A DNA stretch of 64,000 bases from an uncultured Mollicutes bacterium (GTDB lineage: Bacteria; Bacillota_I; Bacilli_A; UBA3375): NCBI GenBank assembly GCA_900551955.1, contig UWSE01000001.1:5813-69812 (forward strand), written 5' to 3'. Below the pieces are notes generated by a model. It saw only the letters and a program-made list of their open reading frames with translations. It was not told the origin of the DNA and ran no database searches. This document shows positions 1 to 10,680 of the stretch, piece by piece (the stretch's first letter is position 1; each line of letters opens with the position of its first letter). The translations under genes and the position numbers were made by a program.

Positions 1-787
1 ATTCTTCAAAAGCTTTATGTTTTTTCTTCATACTTTGATAAATACTATAAATATGTTTAGTACGACCATAAACCTTAGCTTCTAACCCTTCTATTTCTAA
101 AAGGGTTTTTACTTCATTAGTTACTTTTTCAACAAACGCATCACGTTCTGAGCGTTTCATATCAATTTTTTCAGCAATCTCATTATAGGCTGGTTTATTA
201 ATGATTTTAAATGATAAATCTTCTAGTTCCCATTTGATTTTATACATTCCTAAACGGTGAGCAATAGGAGCATAAATATCTAACGTTTCTTTAGCAATAC
301 GTTTTTGTTTATTTTCATTCATAAAGCTAATTGTTTGCATGTTATGCAAACGATCGGCTAACTTAACGATAATAACCCTTACATCTTTAGCACTAGCAAC
401 TATTACTTTACGTTGATTTTCAGCAATTAATTGTTCACTACTTAATGTTGGCATATTATCCAATTTTGTTACACCTTCAACGATATTAGCAATATCATCG
501 CCAAACAATTCACTAATCTCATCTAATGTAATATCAGTATCTTCTACAACATCATGAAGTAGACCGGCAATAATAACATTAGTTGGTAATTTTTGTTCTG
601 CTAAAATTAATGCTACATTAAGTGGATGAATTATATAAGGTTCTCCACTTTTGCGCATCTGCCCTGAATGGGCAGTTTGCGCATAAAGATATGCTTTATG
701 AATTGCATCACATTCATGGGGATTTAAGTATTCTCGGACAGCATTATTTAAATCTTCATATGTTACACTACTTGCTTTATTAGCCAT
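1..787 (-). CDS. rel: Bifunctional (p)ppGpp synthetase/hydrolase Rel, N-terminal part only. It covers the HD hydrolase domain and the start of the synthetase domain; the C-terminus lies beyond the window start.
   Basis: Not in the ORF track because there is no stop in the window. My manual translation from the ATG at 785-787 gives MANKASSVTYEDLNNAVREYL...HPLNVALILAE...LLHDVVEDT...RLHNM...GRTKHIYSIYQSMKKK, which are the classic RelA/SpoT HD and synthetase motifs. The apt-rel order matches Bacillus. Confidence 0.85.
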   Translation of the reverse strand, partial: MANKASSVTYEDLNNAVREYLNPHECDAIHKAYLYAQTAHSGQMRKSGEPYIIHPLNVALILAEQKLPTNVIIAGLLHDVVEDTDITLDEISELFGDDIANIVEGVTKLDNMPTLSSEQLIAENQRKVIVASAKDVRVIIVKLADRLHNMQTISFMNENKQKRIAKETLDIYAPIAHRLGMYKIKWELEDLSFKIINKPAYNEIAEKIDMKRSERDAFVEKVTNEVKTLLEIEGLEAKVYGRTKHIYSIYQSMKKKHKAFEE

Positions 788-788
788 A

Positions 789-1307
789 TTAATATGTAAT
801 TAATGAGCGAACAGTATATTGTTCACCAATACGTTCTCGACCTTTTAAATCTAATAATTCAATAATAAATGCTAAACCAACTACTTCTCCACCTGATTGT
901 TCAACTAAATCAATCGTAGCTGTCATTGTCCCCCCTGTTGCTAGTAAGTCATCGATAATTAAGACTTTACTTCCAGGTTTAATGTCACCTTTATGAATCG
1001 TTAAAGTATCTGTTCCATATTCTAAATCATATGTAGCACTAATCACTTCACGAGGTAATTTATTAGGTTTTCTTACAGGTACAAACCCTATTCCTAGGTT
1101 GGTAGCAACAGGACAACCAACAATAAATCCACGTGCTTCAGGTCCAACAATAACATCAGCTCCTAGTTCTTGAGCAAATTTAGTAATTTCATCAACGACA
1201 TAACGATAAGCTTTACCATTGGCCATTAATGGTGTAATATCACGAAACATGATTCCTGGTTTTGGATAATCTTTTACATCTGCTATATATTGTTTTAAAT
1301 CCATCAT
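789..1307 (-). CDS. apt: Adenine phosphoribosyltransferase
   Basis: 172 aa with the PRPP-binding motif [13 protein letters not shown] and a typical Apt N-terminus ([15 protein letters not shown]). Confidence 0.93.
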   Translation of the reverse strand: MMDLKQYIADVKDYPKPGIMFRDITPLMANGKAYRYVVDEITKFAQELGADVIVGPEARGFIVGCPVATNLGIGFVPVRKPNKLPREVISATYDLEYGTDTLTIHKGDIKPGSKVLIIDDLLATGGTMTATIDLVEQSGGEVVGLAFIIELLDLKGRERIGEQYTVRSLITY

Positions 1308-1314
1308 TCTCCTC

Positions 1315-2952
1315 TTATAACCCTAATTGGTTAATCATTTCATTATATAATTTTTCATTAACTTCTTTAGCTAAAGCTAATGTTGGTTGTTTAACTGATA
1401 CATAAACTTTTAGTTTTGGTTCAGTTCCACTAGGGCGTAATACCACCCAACCAACATTAGGCAAAATATATTTAACTACATCACTAGTAGGTAAATCACC
1501 TTGTGGTGTTGTATAATCTATTATTTCACTAACTTCATATCCGGCAATTTTATCCCAATTAATGCTCCGAGCTTGTTTCATGGCATTGATGATTTTGTCC
1601 ATTCCACCTGGACCATCAAAACTTAACGAATAAGTTACTTCATCATAGAATCCATATTGTTCATATAATTGTTCTAGTCTTTGGCCTAAAGTCATATTTT
1701 GTTCTTTATAATATGCTGCCATCTCAGCTATTAAAATTGCTGATTGGATAGCATCTTTATCTCTGACTATTGGTTTAATTAAATAACCATAACTTTCTTC
1801 ATACCCAAAGAAGTATTTACTAGGATCATCAAGTAAGGCAATTTGTTCACCAATAAATTTAAATCCTGTTAATAATTCTTTAACACTAATACCTTTATCT
1901 TTAGCAATACTTGCTCCCATTTCACCAGTTACAATAGTTTTATATAATATTTTGTCTTTAATGTCTTTTTGATGATTTAATAAATAATCAATCATTAAGG
2001 TACCAATTTGATTACCACTAAGTGGTAGGTATTCACTACCTTCTTTATACATAACTCCTAAGCGATCAGCGTCAGGATCATTAGCAATAATAATATCTGC
2101 ATTATGTTCTTTTGCATATTTAATGGCTAATTCAAAGGCACGAATATCTTCAGGGTTAGATGTTGGTGTGTTAGGGAAATCTCCATTAGGTTCCATTTGT
2201 TCTTCAACACAAATTAACCCATTATACCCAAAGTAGTTAAAACAGCGTGGCATTACTTCATAACTAGTACCATGTTCGGGAGTAAATACTACTTTAATAT
2301 CTTTATTAATATTAGGCATTAATAATAAATCTTTAATCTCATCTAAATAGTCATCTTCAATTTCATTACCAACATAATTAATTAGATGATAATTGTCTTC
2401 ATTATAAGTAAAATCAAAGATATCTTCAATATCATTAATAAAACTAATAACTTGATTAGCTTCATCAATATTTAATTGACTACCTGTTTCATTATATACT
2501 TTATATCCATTATATTGTTTAGGGTTATGGCTTGCTGTGATCATAATACCAGCATCTAATTGATGGTATCTAATTAAATATGATAATAACGGCGTTGGTT
2601 TTACATCATCAAAGATATAACTTTTTATTCCATAAGTTGCTAAAGTTTTTCCACACACTTCACTAAATTCTTTTGAATAATGACGTGAGTCATAACATAT
2701 GGCAACTCCACATTCTTTGTTTGGATATTTATTTAATAAATATTTTGCTAAACCTTGAGTTGCTTTATTAATTGTATACACATTTAAGCGATTTGTTCCA
2801 CAACCAAGTAATCCTCTCATCCCGGCTGTACCAAAACTTAAATCTGTACCAAAAGCATCATCAATCATTGCTTGATCCATTAAATCTAATTCGGCTCTTA
2901 AATCTGTCGGTAGTTCTTGTTCTTTCCATATTTGATAATCTTTAATCATCAT
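1315..2952 (-). CDS. pgcA: Phosphoglucomutase/phosphomannomutase (alpha-D-phosphohexomutase family)
   Basis: 545 aa with the active-site loop [13 protein letters not shown], the metal loop DPDADR and the sugar loop GYEESYG. Confidence 0.85.
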   Translation of the reverse strand: MMIKDYQIWKEQELPTDLRAELDLMDQAMIDDAFGTDLSFGTAGMRGLLGCGTNRLNVYTINKATQGLAKYLLNKYPNKECGVAICYDSRHYSKEFSEVCGKTLATYGIKSYIFDDVKPTPLLSYLIRYHQLDAGIMITASHNPKQYNGYKVYNETGSQLNIDEANQVISFINDIEDIFDFTYNEDNYHLINYVGNEIEDDYLDEIKDLLLMPNINKDIKVVFTPEHGTSYEVMPRCFNYFGYNGLICVEEQMEPNGDFPNTPTSNPEDIRAFELAIKYAKEHNADIIIANDPDADRLGVMYKEGSEYLPLSGNQIGTLMIDYLLNHQKDIKDKILYKTIVTGEMGASIAKDKGISVKELLTGFKFIGEQIALLDDPSKYFFGYEESYGYLIKPIVRDKDAIQSAILIAEMAAYYKEQNMTLGQRLEQLYEQYGFYDEVTYSLSFDGPGGMDKIINAMKQARSINWDKIAGYEVSEIIDYTTPQGDLPTSDVVKYILPNVGWVVLRPSGTEPKLKVYVSVKQPTLALAKEVNEKLYNEMINQLGL

Positions 2953-2962
2953 AACTCCTTAA

Positions 2963-3790
2963 CTAGTCTTCTTGTTTAAGGTTAATAAATTTTCGGCGGT
3001 CTAATAAACTAATTGGTGAACTAAATTGGTTAGCACCAACTCCTTCTAAAGCTTGATCAATCATATTGATTTGAGCATCTGTATCATCTAAGACGTGTAA
3101 TACCACAGCTTCTTTACACATTGGTGGTTTGGGTGAACCGTAGCTTAATTCACCATGATGTGATAACACTAAGTGTTTTAACATCAATATCGGTTGTTTA
3201 TCTAAGTTAAAGTGATTAGCACAAATACTTATGTGCTCATTACTAATTACAATATGACCTAGTAAACTCCCTTCATCAGAATATGTTAACCCAAAATTAG
3301 CATACTCATAAATTTTTCCATAGTCATGAAAAATAATAGCTGTATATAATAAATCTCTATCTAAATTATATTGTTTAATATAACCATCACTTAACGCTAA
3401 CATATTTAATGTATGTTCGCATAATCCCCCAATATAAGCATGATGTATCTTTTTAGCTGCAGGATATGTATAAAACAATTCATTATTAACTACTAATTGT
3501 TCTAATAGTATTTGGTAATTAGGTTCATTAATTTGTTTAATATATGTTAATAATTCACTTTTTAATTGGTCAGGGTGTTTCTTACTTTTAGGATAAAAAT
3601 CAAAAAAGTTATTAGGAACTTTAACTTTATTAATTACTTTATTTTTTCCACTACCTTCAATATCAACAAAATCACCTAATGCCCAATTTTTTGTATCAAC
3701 ATTAAAACTAATTTCTTCTAATTGGTCATTACGTAGTTCATAATGGTATGAACTATGTTGCTTATACATATTATAAATTAAATAAACCAT
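2963..3790 (-). CDS. yhaM: 3'-5' exoribonuclease, YhaM family (HD domain)
   Basis: 275 aa with the HD motifs HHAYIGGLCEHTLNM and IFHDYGKI plus SHHG. Confidence 0.7.
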   Translation of the reverse strand: MVYLIYNMYKQHSSYHYELRNDQLEEISFNVDTKNWALGDFVDIEGSGKNKVINKVKVPNNFFDFYPKSKKHPDQLKSELLTYIKQINEPNYQILLEQLVVNNELFYTYPAAKKIHHAYIGGLCEHTLNMLALSDGYIKQYNLDRDLLYTAIIFHDYGKIYEYANFGLTYSDEGSLLGHIVISNEHISICANHFNLDKQPILMLKHLVLSHHGELSYGSPKPPMCKEAVVLHVLDDTDAQINMIDQALEGVGANQFSSPISLLDRRKFINLKQED

Positions 3791-3797
3791 ATTCCTC

Positions 3798-5180
3798 CTA
3801 CTGGATAATAATTAATTCAATAATTACTAAAACAATTAATAAAAAGATTAAACAGAATTGATATGCTTCGATTAAACGTTTGGGTTTAATATTTACCATT
3901 GCAGAAACAATTAAGAAACTAATTGGTGAAATCGTAATTAATAGTGATCCAATCATTACGACATTACTAACAATCGTTGGATCTAAACCTAGTTTGGCTA
4001 ATTCCATATAGTTAAGCACAAATGGATTAACTAAAATCGTATTAATAAATAAAGCAATTGAACGTGGACTGTGATTTAGCGTATCAACAATTGTTTGTGT
4101 AATTGATGTATTAAAGTTACCTACATTAATACTAGATTGCACTTCTAACAATTCTAATACCAATCCCATAACCATTGCTAAGGCAATAATTCCATTATTT
4201 TTTAAACCCAAACGTTTAGGTAGTTCATAATGTTCTTCTAATTCTGGCAAATCTAAGAACATAAAGATTACACCGTTAAAGACTATTAACACAACAATTT
4301 GAATTAGAATTAATAATGCTTGATTAATACTAGTAACATAATTTCCTAATGTTAAAATAATAATATTAATAATTACCATCATTATTGATAATAAGTATGG
4401 ATGCTTATTATCAATATCTTCAACATTCTCCTTAGCTTCATGTTTTTTAGTATTAGACATAATCGTAATACAACTAAGTGCTGCAAACACACTAACATTC
4501 ACCACGGTAATTAATCGAAATTGGCGTGATAAGAAGATTAACATCACAATAAAAATACTGCTACTAGCTAATAGAATTTGATAATTATCTTTAACTATTG
4601 AAGATAAATTGTATTCTTGTTCATAGTTTGTTGATAAGATTAATAATATAAAACCTAGCGCAACAACAAATAATAAACCAATAATAAAAACATTAAATAA
4701 AGTACTATTATTAGTTAATGGTAGATAATGGATATATGTTGATAGTAATGTCGCAACAAAAATAATAAACATCGAAAATAAACGTGATAAGTTAAGTAAA
4801 CGACTAACTAAAAATAGCAATAAGACATTAATAATATAGTATGGCGTTACTTGCACTAAACTAACTAAAAATAGCGCAACATAACGCATCTCATTAATCG
4901 GGAATAATGTTACCAACAAGTTAGTAAAGTTATAACCAATTTCACTACGGATAATACGGTTAAATGCCCAGTAAATAACATTAATTAATACTAGTAATAA
5001 TGGTAAATATAAATACTTAGTATAATTAACTGTTAATAACGAACTAATTAACACTCGATAATCTAACAATAAATAAATGATTAACAGCATTCCATAAATT
5101 AAGCTTGCCTTTAAGACGCTCTTCGTTCTAAACAAAGTAACTAAGAAGAGAATAAAAGCAATAATTGTTACTAAAAACAT
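3798..5180 (-). CDS. Polytopic membrane protein of unknown function (about 12 predicted TM segments)
   Basis: 460 aa, strongly hydrophobic throughout, with a single central hydrophilic loop (KKHEAKENVEDIDNKHP). I recognise no family motif. Confidence 0.5.
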   Translation of the reverse strand: MFLVTIIAFILFLVTLFRTKSVLKASLIYGMLLIIYLLLDYRVLISSLLTVNYTKYLYLPLLLVLINVIYWAFNRIIRSEIGYNFTNLLVTLFPINEMRYVALFLVSLVQVTPYYIINVLLLFLVSRLLNLSRLFSMFIIFVATLLSTYIHYLPLTNNSTLFNVFIIGLLFVVALGFILLILSTNYEQEYNLSSIVKDNYQILLASSSIFIVMLIFLSRQFRLITVVNVSVFAALSCITIMSNTKKHEAKENVEDIDNKHPYLLSIMMVIINIIILTLGNYVTSINQALLILIQIVVLIVFNGVIFMFLDLPELEEHYELPKRLGLKNNGIIALAMVMGLVLELLEVQSSINVGNFNTSITQTIVDTLNHSPRSIALFINTILVNPFVLNYMELAKLGLDPTIVSNVVMIGSLLITISPISFLIVSAMVNIKPKRLIEAYQFCLIFLLIVLVIIELIIIQ

Positions 5181-5188
5181 ATATCTCC

Positions 5189-6541
5189 TTAAATTGCTAT
5201 TTCACGTTCTACATACTGAATATGATTTTTCTCATTATTTTTATTTAACATCATTAAAATATTTAATACTCCAATACGACCAACTCCCATTAAGATTGCC
5301 ATTAAAAAGACTGAGAATTGATCAAACTGTGCTAAAGCACCTGTTGAAAATCCAGTTGTTGTAAATCCACTTACAACATCAAACCAAATATTTGCAATAT
5401 TAATATCAGGATTAATACAACTAATAATCATGGTAACAATTCCTGAAATACTAATAAATAATAAAATTAAAACTAACGATAATTTAACTGTTTTATCAGG
5501 AACTTTACGATTATAAATAATTACATCATCTTGTCCTTTGAATAGTGATTTTAAATAACGCCAGAAAATATAGATAGCATTAGTTTTAATTCCCCCACAA
5601 GCACTAGATGGTGCTCCACCAATTAACATAAAAATACTTTGAATAAATAATGTTAACGGTAGCCAAGTATTAATATCTTTAAATAAGTTTAACCCGACAG
5701 ATTTAGTCGATAAAGACACATACATTCCTGCATTAATCTTTTCAAACCAACCATAACCTGCCATCGCATTATTAAACTCAAGTGTAATAAAGACAAAGGC
5801 AAAAGCTAGTGTGGTTACAACATTTACGATTAATGAAATTTTCGTAAATGTTGAAAAACGGTATTTTAAACCAGCTTTTTTAGCGTGAATATAACCTTTT
5901 AAATCTAAAATAACTGGATAACCTATAAAACTAAAAATCATTAGGGCACTACATGTCCACATGGCAATATAATCACCATTAATGATTGTAGAATCATAAA
6001 ATCCACTTCCACTAATCCCTGAAGAAGATAAGAATAAAGCATTCATTAATCGATCTAAACGATTAGGAAATAAATCTCCCATACGAATATATAAAATAAT
6101 TGTTCCAACTAATTCAATAATCAAGAAATACTTAATTACATTCTTAACAATGTAAGATAAATCAATAGCACTTGATTGATTATAATCAAGACGTGCCATA
6201 TTCGAAGCTTTGAAATTTAATTTACCACCAAATAATAGGATAATCATGGTGTTAAACAAAATAATTCCTACCCCACCAATATTAAATAGCACAATCATTA
6301 CAATCCAACCTAAATAATTATAAGTGGTTGTATAATCAACAACTGTAAGTCCTGTAGTAGCAATTGAACTATTCGACATAAAGAACGCTTCTAGCCACGA
6401 CACGCTATGATCTGGTTTTAAAAATATATCCCAATGTAATAACCATGTTCCAATTAAAATTGAAGCTATATAAAATAATACTAATTTTAAGATATTGTGA
6501 GTTTTAAAATATCGACTTGTTTTTAATTGTGGTTTTAACAT
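5189..6541 (-). CDS. ktrB: TrkH/KtrB-family potassium uptake membrane subunit
   Basis: 450 aa with repeated selectivity-filter-like motifs (TTGLT, SGISGSG, GGIKT, TTGFSTG). It overlaps the gatB stop by 7 nt. Confidence 0.8.
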   Translation of the reverse strand: MLKPQLKTSRYFKTHNILKLVLFYIASILIGTWLLHWDIFLKPDHSVSWLEAFFMSNSSIATTGLTVVDYTTTYNYLGWIVMIVLFNIGGVGIILFNTMIILLFGGKLNFKASNMARLDYNQSSAIDLSYIVKNVIKYFLIIELVGTIILYIRMGDLFPNRLDRLMNALFLSSSGISGSGFYDSTIINGDYIAMWTCSALMIFSFIGYPVILDLKGYIHAKKAGLKYRFSTFTKISLIVNVVTTLAFAFVFITLEFNNAMAGYGWFEKINAGMYVSLSTKSVGLNLFKDINTWLPLTLFIQSIFMLIGGAPSSACGGIKTNAIYIFWRYLKSLFKGQDDVIIYNRKVPDKTVKLSLVLILLFISISGIVTMIISCINPDINIANIWFDVVSGFTTTGFSTGALAQFDQFSVFLMAILMGVGRIGVLNILMMLNKNNEKNHIQYVEREIAI

Positions 6542-7962
6542 AATGATTCTAAATGTTTAGTCAAAATCTCATTTGCTAATTTTGGACTAACTTGTCCATT
6601 AGATATTTTCATTAACTCACCAACAAAGAATCCGTATGCTGATTTTTTACCTTCTTTATATAACTCTAGAGTTTCAGGATTACTGGCCACTACTTCTTTT
6701 ACCCAATTAGTGATAGTATCAACATTAGTAATTTGTTCTAAATTATTATCACTAATAATTTGGCTAACACTATTTTTTGTTTCTAGCATCATTGGAATTA
6801 TTTCTTTAACATGTTTAGAACTAATTTTATCTTGTGATAAATATTGATCTAGTTCAATAAATTGTTGCGGATTAATATTAACTTGATCAAATCCTTTTTT
6901 CGCTTTATTTAAATATTCGTTAACATTAACAGTTAAGTAATTAAACATTTGTTTTGGATTTAAGTTTTGGTCAATACACGCAAAGAAGAATTGACACATC
7001 GCTTTGTCTTGCATTAATATACCAACTTCTTTTTCGTTAAAGCCAAAGTCTGCTAACTTCGCTTTAATTTCTTCAGGCATGGCAGGCATTTTTGCTTTAA
7101 CTTGATTAATATCTTCATCTGTTAAATGAATCCAAGGTAAGTCCGGTTCTGGGAAGTAACGATAATCTGTATTACTTTCTTTAATACGCATAATTTCAAC
7201 ATCTTTAGTTTGTTCATTAAAACGTTTAGTCGCTTGTAATACTTTACCACCTGTATTATATGCTTTAATTTGGCGCGCCACTTCTTTATCAATAGCAATT
7301 TCAACATTTTTAAATGAGTTTAAGTTTTTAATCTCTACTTTTGGATTATAACCATCATAACCATAAGGGCGCACACTCACGTTAACATCAACACGTAAAC
7401 TTCCTTCTTCCATCTTACAATCACTAGCATCTAAATATAATAAAATTTCTTTTAATTTATTTAAATACTCATGAGCTTCTTTCCCATTACGCATATCAGG
7501 AGCTGAAACTATTTCAACTAACGGAACTCCACAACGGTTAAAGTCTAATTTAGTTACTCCTGCTTGATCATGGAATGATTTAGCAGTATCTTCTTCCATA
7601 TGCATAAAATCAATATTAATGATTTTTCCACTATCTAAAACAATTTGTCCATGACGACCAATTGGCGTTTCTTGTTGGGTAATTTGATATCCTTTTGGAT
7701 TATCTGCATAAAAATAGTTTTTACGATCCCAATGCATATCTTTCGTAACTTCCATCCCTAAACCTAAAGCAACTAACATTGCTTTATCTAAAACTTCTGG
7801 ATTAAATCTTGGTAACGTTCCAGGCAATCCTAAATCAATTGGATGAATATTAGTGTTGGGAGGTTGTTTAATATCATTTAAACTAGGTGAAAAGATTTTA
7901 TGTTTAGTGTTAAGCTCAACGTGCACTTCCACACCGACAATGGTTTCGTAATTAAACATCAC
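6535..7962 (-). CDS. gatB: Asp-tRNA(Asn)/Glu-tRNA(Gln) amidotransferase subunit B
   Basis: 475 aa, full-length GatB-like sequence (VIGLEVHVEL-type N-terminus, DFNRCGVPLVEIV, YRYFPEPDLP). Confidence 0.95.
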   Translation of the reverse strand: MMFNYETIVGVEVHVELNTKHKIFSPSLNDIKQPPNTNIHPIDLGLPGTLPRFNPEVLDKAMLVALGLGMEVTKDMHWDRKNYFYADNPKGYQITQQETPIGRHGQIVLDSGKIINIDFMHMEEDTAKSFHDQAGVTKLDFNRCGVPLVEIVSAPDMRNGKEAHEYLNKLKEILLYLDASDCKMEEGSLRVDVNVSVRPYGYDGYNPKVEIKNLNSFKNVEIAIDKEVARQIKAYNTGGKVLQATKRFNEQTKDVEIMRIKESNTDYRYFPEPDLPWIHLTDEDINQVKAKMPAMPEEIKAKLADFGFNEKEVGILMQDKAMCQFFFACIDQNLNPKQMFNYLTVNVNEYLNKAKKGFDQVNINPQQFIELDQYLSQDKISSKHVKEIIPMMLETKNSVSQIISDNNLEQITNVDTITNWVKEVVASNPETLELYKEGKKSAYGFFVGELMKISNGQVSPKLANEILTKHLESLC

Positions 7963-9277
7963 TACCTCCTTCTAAATTATTAGCTACTTGATATAACACT
8001 GCTTCTTGATATTTATTAGCCATTAATTGCATCCCAATAAATCGCCCATCATTAGCAGTCCCGATTGGAATATTAAGACTTGGAAAACCAACTAAGTTAG
8101 CTGGAATTATAAACTCATCAGACAAGTAATTATCCATGTCTGACATACCTTTATTAGCATCAAAGGCTAATTGTGGTGTAGTTGGTCCAATAATACAATC
8201 AACTAGATCAAATACTTGATCAAATTGCTCGCACATTAATTGACGTAATTGTTGTGCTTTTTTAAAGTATTTAATACTATGTTCACTACTTAACATATAA
8301 GTACCAATAATCAAACGTTTTTTAACTTCTGTTCCAAAGTGACTTCTTACCGCTTCATATGTTGGATTAGCATCATCCATTTTTAATCCAAAACGCATAC
8401 CATCATAACGATTTAAATTACTACTACCTTCTGCATACGCTAAAGTAATGTATAAACTAAAACTATATTTAGTTAACGGTACATCAACATCAATAATTTC
8501 AGCACCTAAAGATTTTAATTGATCAATTTTATTTTCGATTGCACTTTTAATTTCTTCATCAATCCCTGATTCTAACCATTTACGCATAACCCCAATTTTC
8601 ATACCTCTAATTGGTTGATTAAATGTTTTTAAAGCATCAAAGCCTTCAGGCACAAAGTTAGTTTGATCTTTATAATCATTACTAGCTAATGTATTAAGTA
8701 AAGATGCGTTTTCATATAAATCACTAGTCATTGGTCCGATTGTATCAAAACTAGAAGCAAAAGCAATAGTTCCATATTTTGATACTAAACCATATGTTGG
8801 TTTTAAACCATAAATTCCATTAAAAGCAGCTGGTTGACGTATGCTTCCACCAGTATCAGTTCCGGTTGCAAAAGGAACTAATCCCTTAGCAATCGCATAA
8901 GCACTACCTCCACTACTTCCTCCAGAAATATATTGATCACCTAAGACATTATCAACTGGCCCAAAGAAACTCGTTTTAGTCGTAGAACCCATGGCATATT
9001 CATCTAAGTTAGTTGATCCTACAATGCTATACCCATCTTTAATCAAATTATCTATGATTGTTGCATTATAACAACTTTGATAATTTAATAACATTTCACT
9101 AGCCATTGTGGCTGGCATCATTGTATTATTGTGAATATCTTTAATTAAAATATATTTACCTTCAGTATTATCACTTGCTTGATCAAAGACACTAGTAATA
9201 CTATTTCCTGGATTAGTAGATAAAACTTCAATTATCTCACTAGCTTTTTTATTAGCAAAATCATTACGCTTCATCAT
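7952..9277 (-). CDS. gatA: Asp-tRNA(Asn)/Glu-tRNA(Gln) amidotransferase subunit A
   Basis: 441 aa with the amidase signature GGSSGGSAYAIA...GTDTGGSIRQPAAF. Confidence 0.93.
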   Translation of the reverse strand: MMKRNDFANKKASEIIEVLSTNPGNSITSVFDQASDNTEGKYILIKDIHNNTMMPATMASEMLLNYQSCYNATIIDNLIKDGYSIVGSTNLDEYAMGSTTKTSFFGPVDNVLGDQYISGGSSGGSAYAIAKGLVPFATGTDTGGSIRQPAAFNGIYGLKPTYGLVSKYGTIAFASSFDTIGPMTSDLYENASLLNTLASNDYKDQTNFVPEGFDALKTFNQPIRGMKIGVMRKWLESGIDEEIKSAIENKIDQLKSLGAEIIDVDVPLTKYSFSLYITLAYAEGSSNLNRYDGMRFGLKMDDANPTYEAVRSHFGTEVKKRLIIGTYMLSSEHSIKYFKKAQQLRQLMCEQFDQVFDLVDCIIGPTTPQLAFDANKGMSDMDNYLSDEFIIPANLVGFPSLNIPIGTANDGRFIGMQLMANKYQEAVLYQVANNLEGGSDV

Positions 9278-9560
9278 TACCCTCCACTTTTTTAACTACA
9301 ACGTATTCACCATCAAAATCATTTAACACACCAGTAACTTCACTAGCACTTACACCATCATCTTCGAACTGATTATAAACATTAGATAATTTTTCATTAC
9401 CCATAATTTTACGATCACAATCAGTATCGATTGCTAACATCTCATCTAAACTTTTAGTTATTTCTTCGATTGAATCACCGATCTCTTCAATTTCTTTATC
9501 TGTTAAATCTAATTTAATGTTTCCAGCTAAGTGTTTAATCTCTTCTTTACTTATACGCAT
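9264..9560 (-). CDS. gatC: Asp-tRNA(Asn)/Glu-tRNA(Gln) amidotransferase subunit C
   Basis: The track ORF runs to 9599. The ATG at 9558-9560 (MRISKEEIKHLA...) sits just after the camS stop and follows a G-rich RBS. The size and gatCAB order fit. Confidence 0.85.
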   Translation of the reverse strand: MRISKEEIKHLAGNIKLDLTDKEIEEIGDSIEEITKSLDEMLAIDTDCDRKIMGNEKLSNVYNQFEDDGVSASEVTGVLNDFDGEYVVVKKVEGNDEA

Positions 9561-9561
9561 C

Positions 9562-10680
9562 TTACCCCTTATTAACAACCTTGTTGATTGTTGAACCATT
9601 TTTTGTTAAACTTGCTATCGCTTCACCACTACTACTAACCACTTCAACAGTAGTATAAGCATTAATGTTAACCGGTCCTTTTAATTCTTTTTCTATAAAA
9701 TTAATTATGGCATTCCCTTCAATTTTTGAAACTGTTGGGAAGATTACACTAATGTTAATCTTAGTTAATTTATTGTTATTATAAAAACCAACACAACTAA
9801 GATTAACATTATTTCCAAAATATGCATTTAAATCATTTTTTAAAGTTTGAACTTTATTATTAACATCTAAATCTTTGGTAATCCCTGCTTCATCTAAAAA
9901 CGGTACATACTCTTGATTAACTTCGACTAACTTTTGAATATTTTGATCATTAGTATCTAAATAACCACTAGCAATAAATGCCCCTGGAACTACCGGATTA
10001 GTACTTTGTTGATAGAAACCAAAAAAGATTGGTAGTTTATCATAGCCTTCTCTACTTCTAACTACTTCAGCAATTTGGTTAGCAATAATTTTCCCATCAT
10101 GTTCTAAGAACTTATTCATATCTGGTTTAAATTCGCTATCAGTTGTATGTGGTGATAAATCCACACCTACTCCGACACCAATTGCTTTAATTGTTTTCTG
10201 ATCACCAGATTGCTGATAAAAATCTTGTTCAAGTAAAGTTGTTACATAATTTAAGTTAGTATTAGGATCATCTGTAATTTGTGGATTTAATCCAACATTT
10301 TTTGCTTCAGGATCAGTTTTCAATAATTCTTGATATGCTTCATCACTTAATTTGTGACTAAGTAAATTAGTTGCATCTTTTGCTGTTAAAATTTCTCCTT
10401 GTTGATAATAGTAATCCGTGGAAATTTTAGTAGCTGATAAATCAAGCAAATCAAGTTCCATATTATCTAAGGTGAAGTATGTATCACTTTTTACCGTAAT
10501 TCCTCTAATTGGACTTGAGTTAATAGGTAATTGCATTTTAAATGGTGCATCTGTACTAATATCAACTTGTTTAACACTCTGACCTTGTTGATTAATCGTT
10601 TGTGGCGATTGATTACAACTACTCATACTAAATACTACCATTATCAATAATAATATTTTTTTCATATCACTCCTAAGCAA
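9562..10680 (-). CDS. camS: CamS/YerH-family lipoprotein (sex-pheromone precursor family)
   Basis: 372 aa with a signal peptide and lipobox (FSMSSC). Its position between ligA and gatC matches Bacillus yerH and Enterococcus camS. The family call rests mainly on synteny and size. Confidence 0.55.
   Translation of the reverse strand: MLRSDMKKILLLIMVVFSMSSCNQSPQTINQQGQSVKQVDISTDAPFKMQLPINSSPIRGITVKSDTYFTLDNMELDLLDLSATKISTDYYYQQGEILTAKDATNLLSHKLSDEAYQELLKTDPEAKNVGLNPQITDDPNTNLNYVTTLLEQDFYQQSGDQKTIKAIGVGVGVDLSPHTTDSEFKPDMNKFLEHDGKIIANQIAEVVRSREGYDKLPIFFGFYQQSTNPVVPGAFIASGYLDTNDQNIQKLVEVNQEYVPFLDEAGITKDLDVNNKVQTLKNDLNAYFGNNVNLSCVGFYNNNKLTKINISVIFPTVSKIEGNAIINFIEKELKGPVNINAYTTVEVVSSSGEAIASLTKNGSTINKVVNKG

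Noticed and set aside
6535-6560. A c-di-AMP (ydaO-type) or other riboswitch in front of ktrB
   Set aside because: ktrB overlaps the gatB stop, so there is no untranslated space to hold an aptamer.
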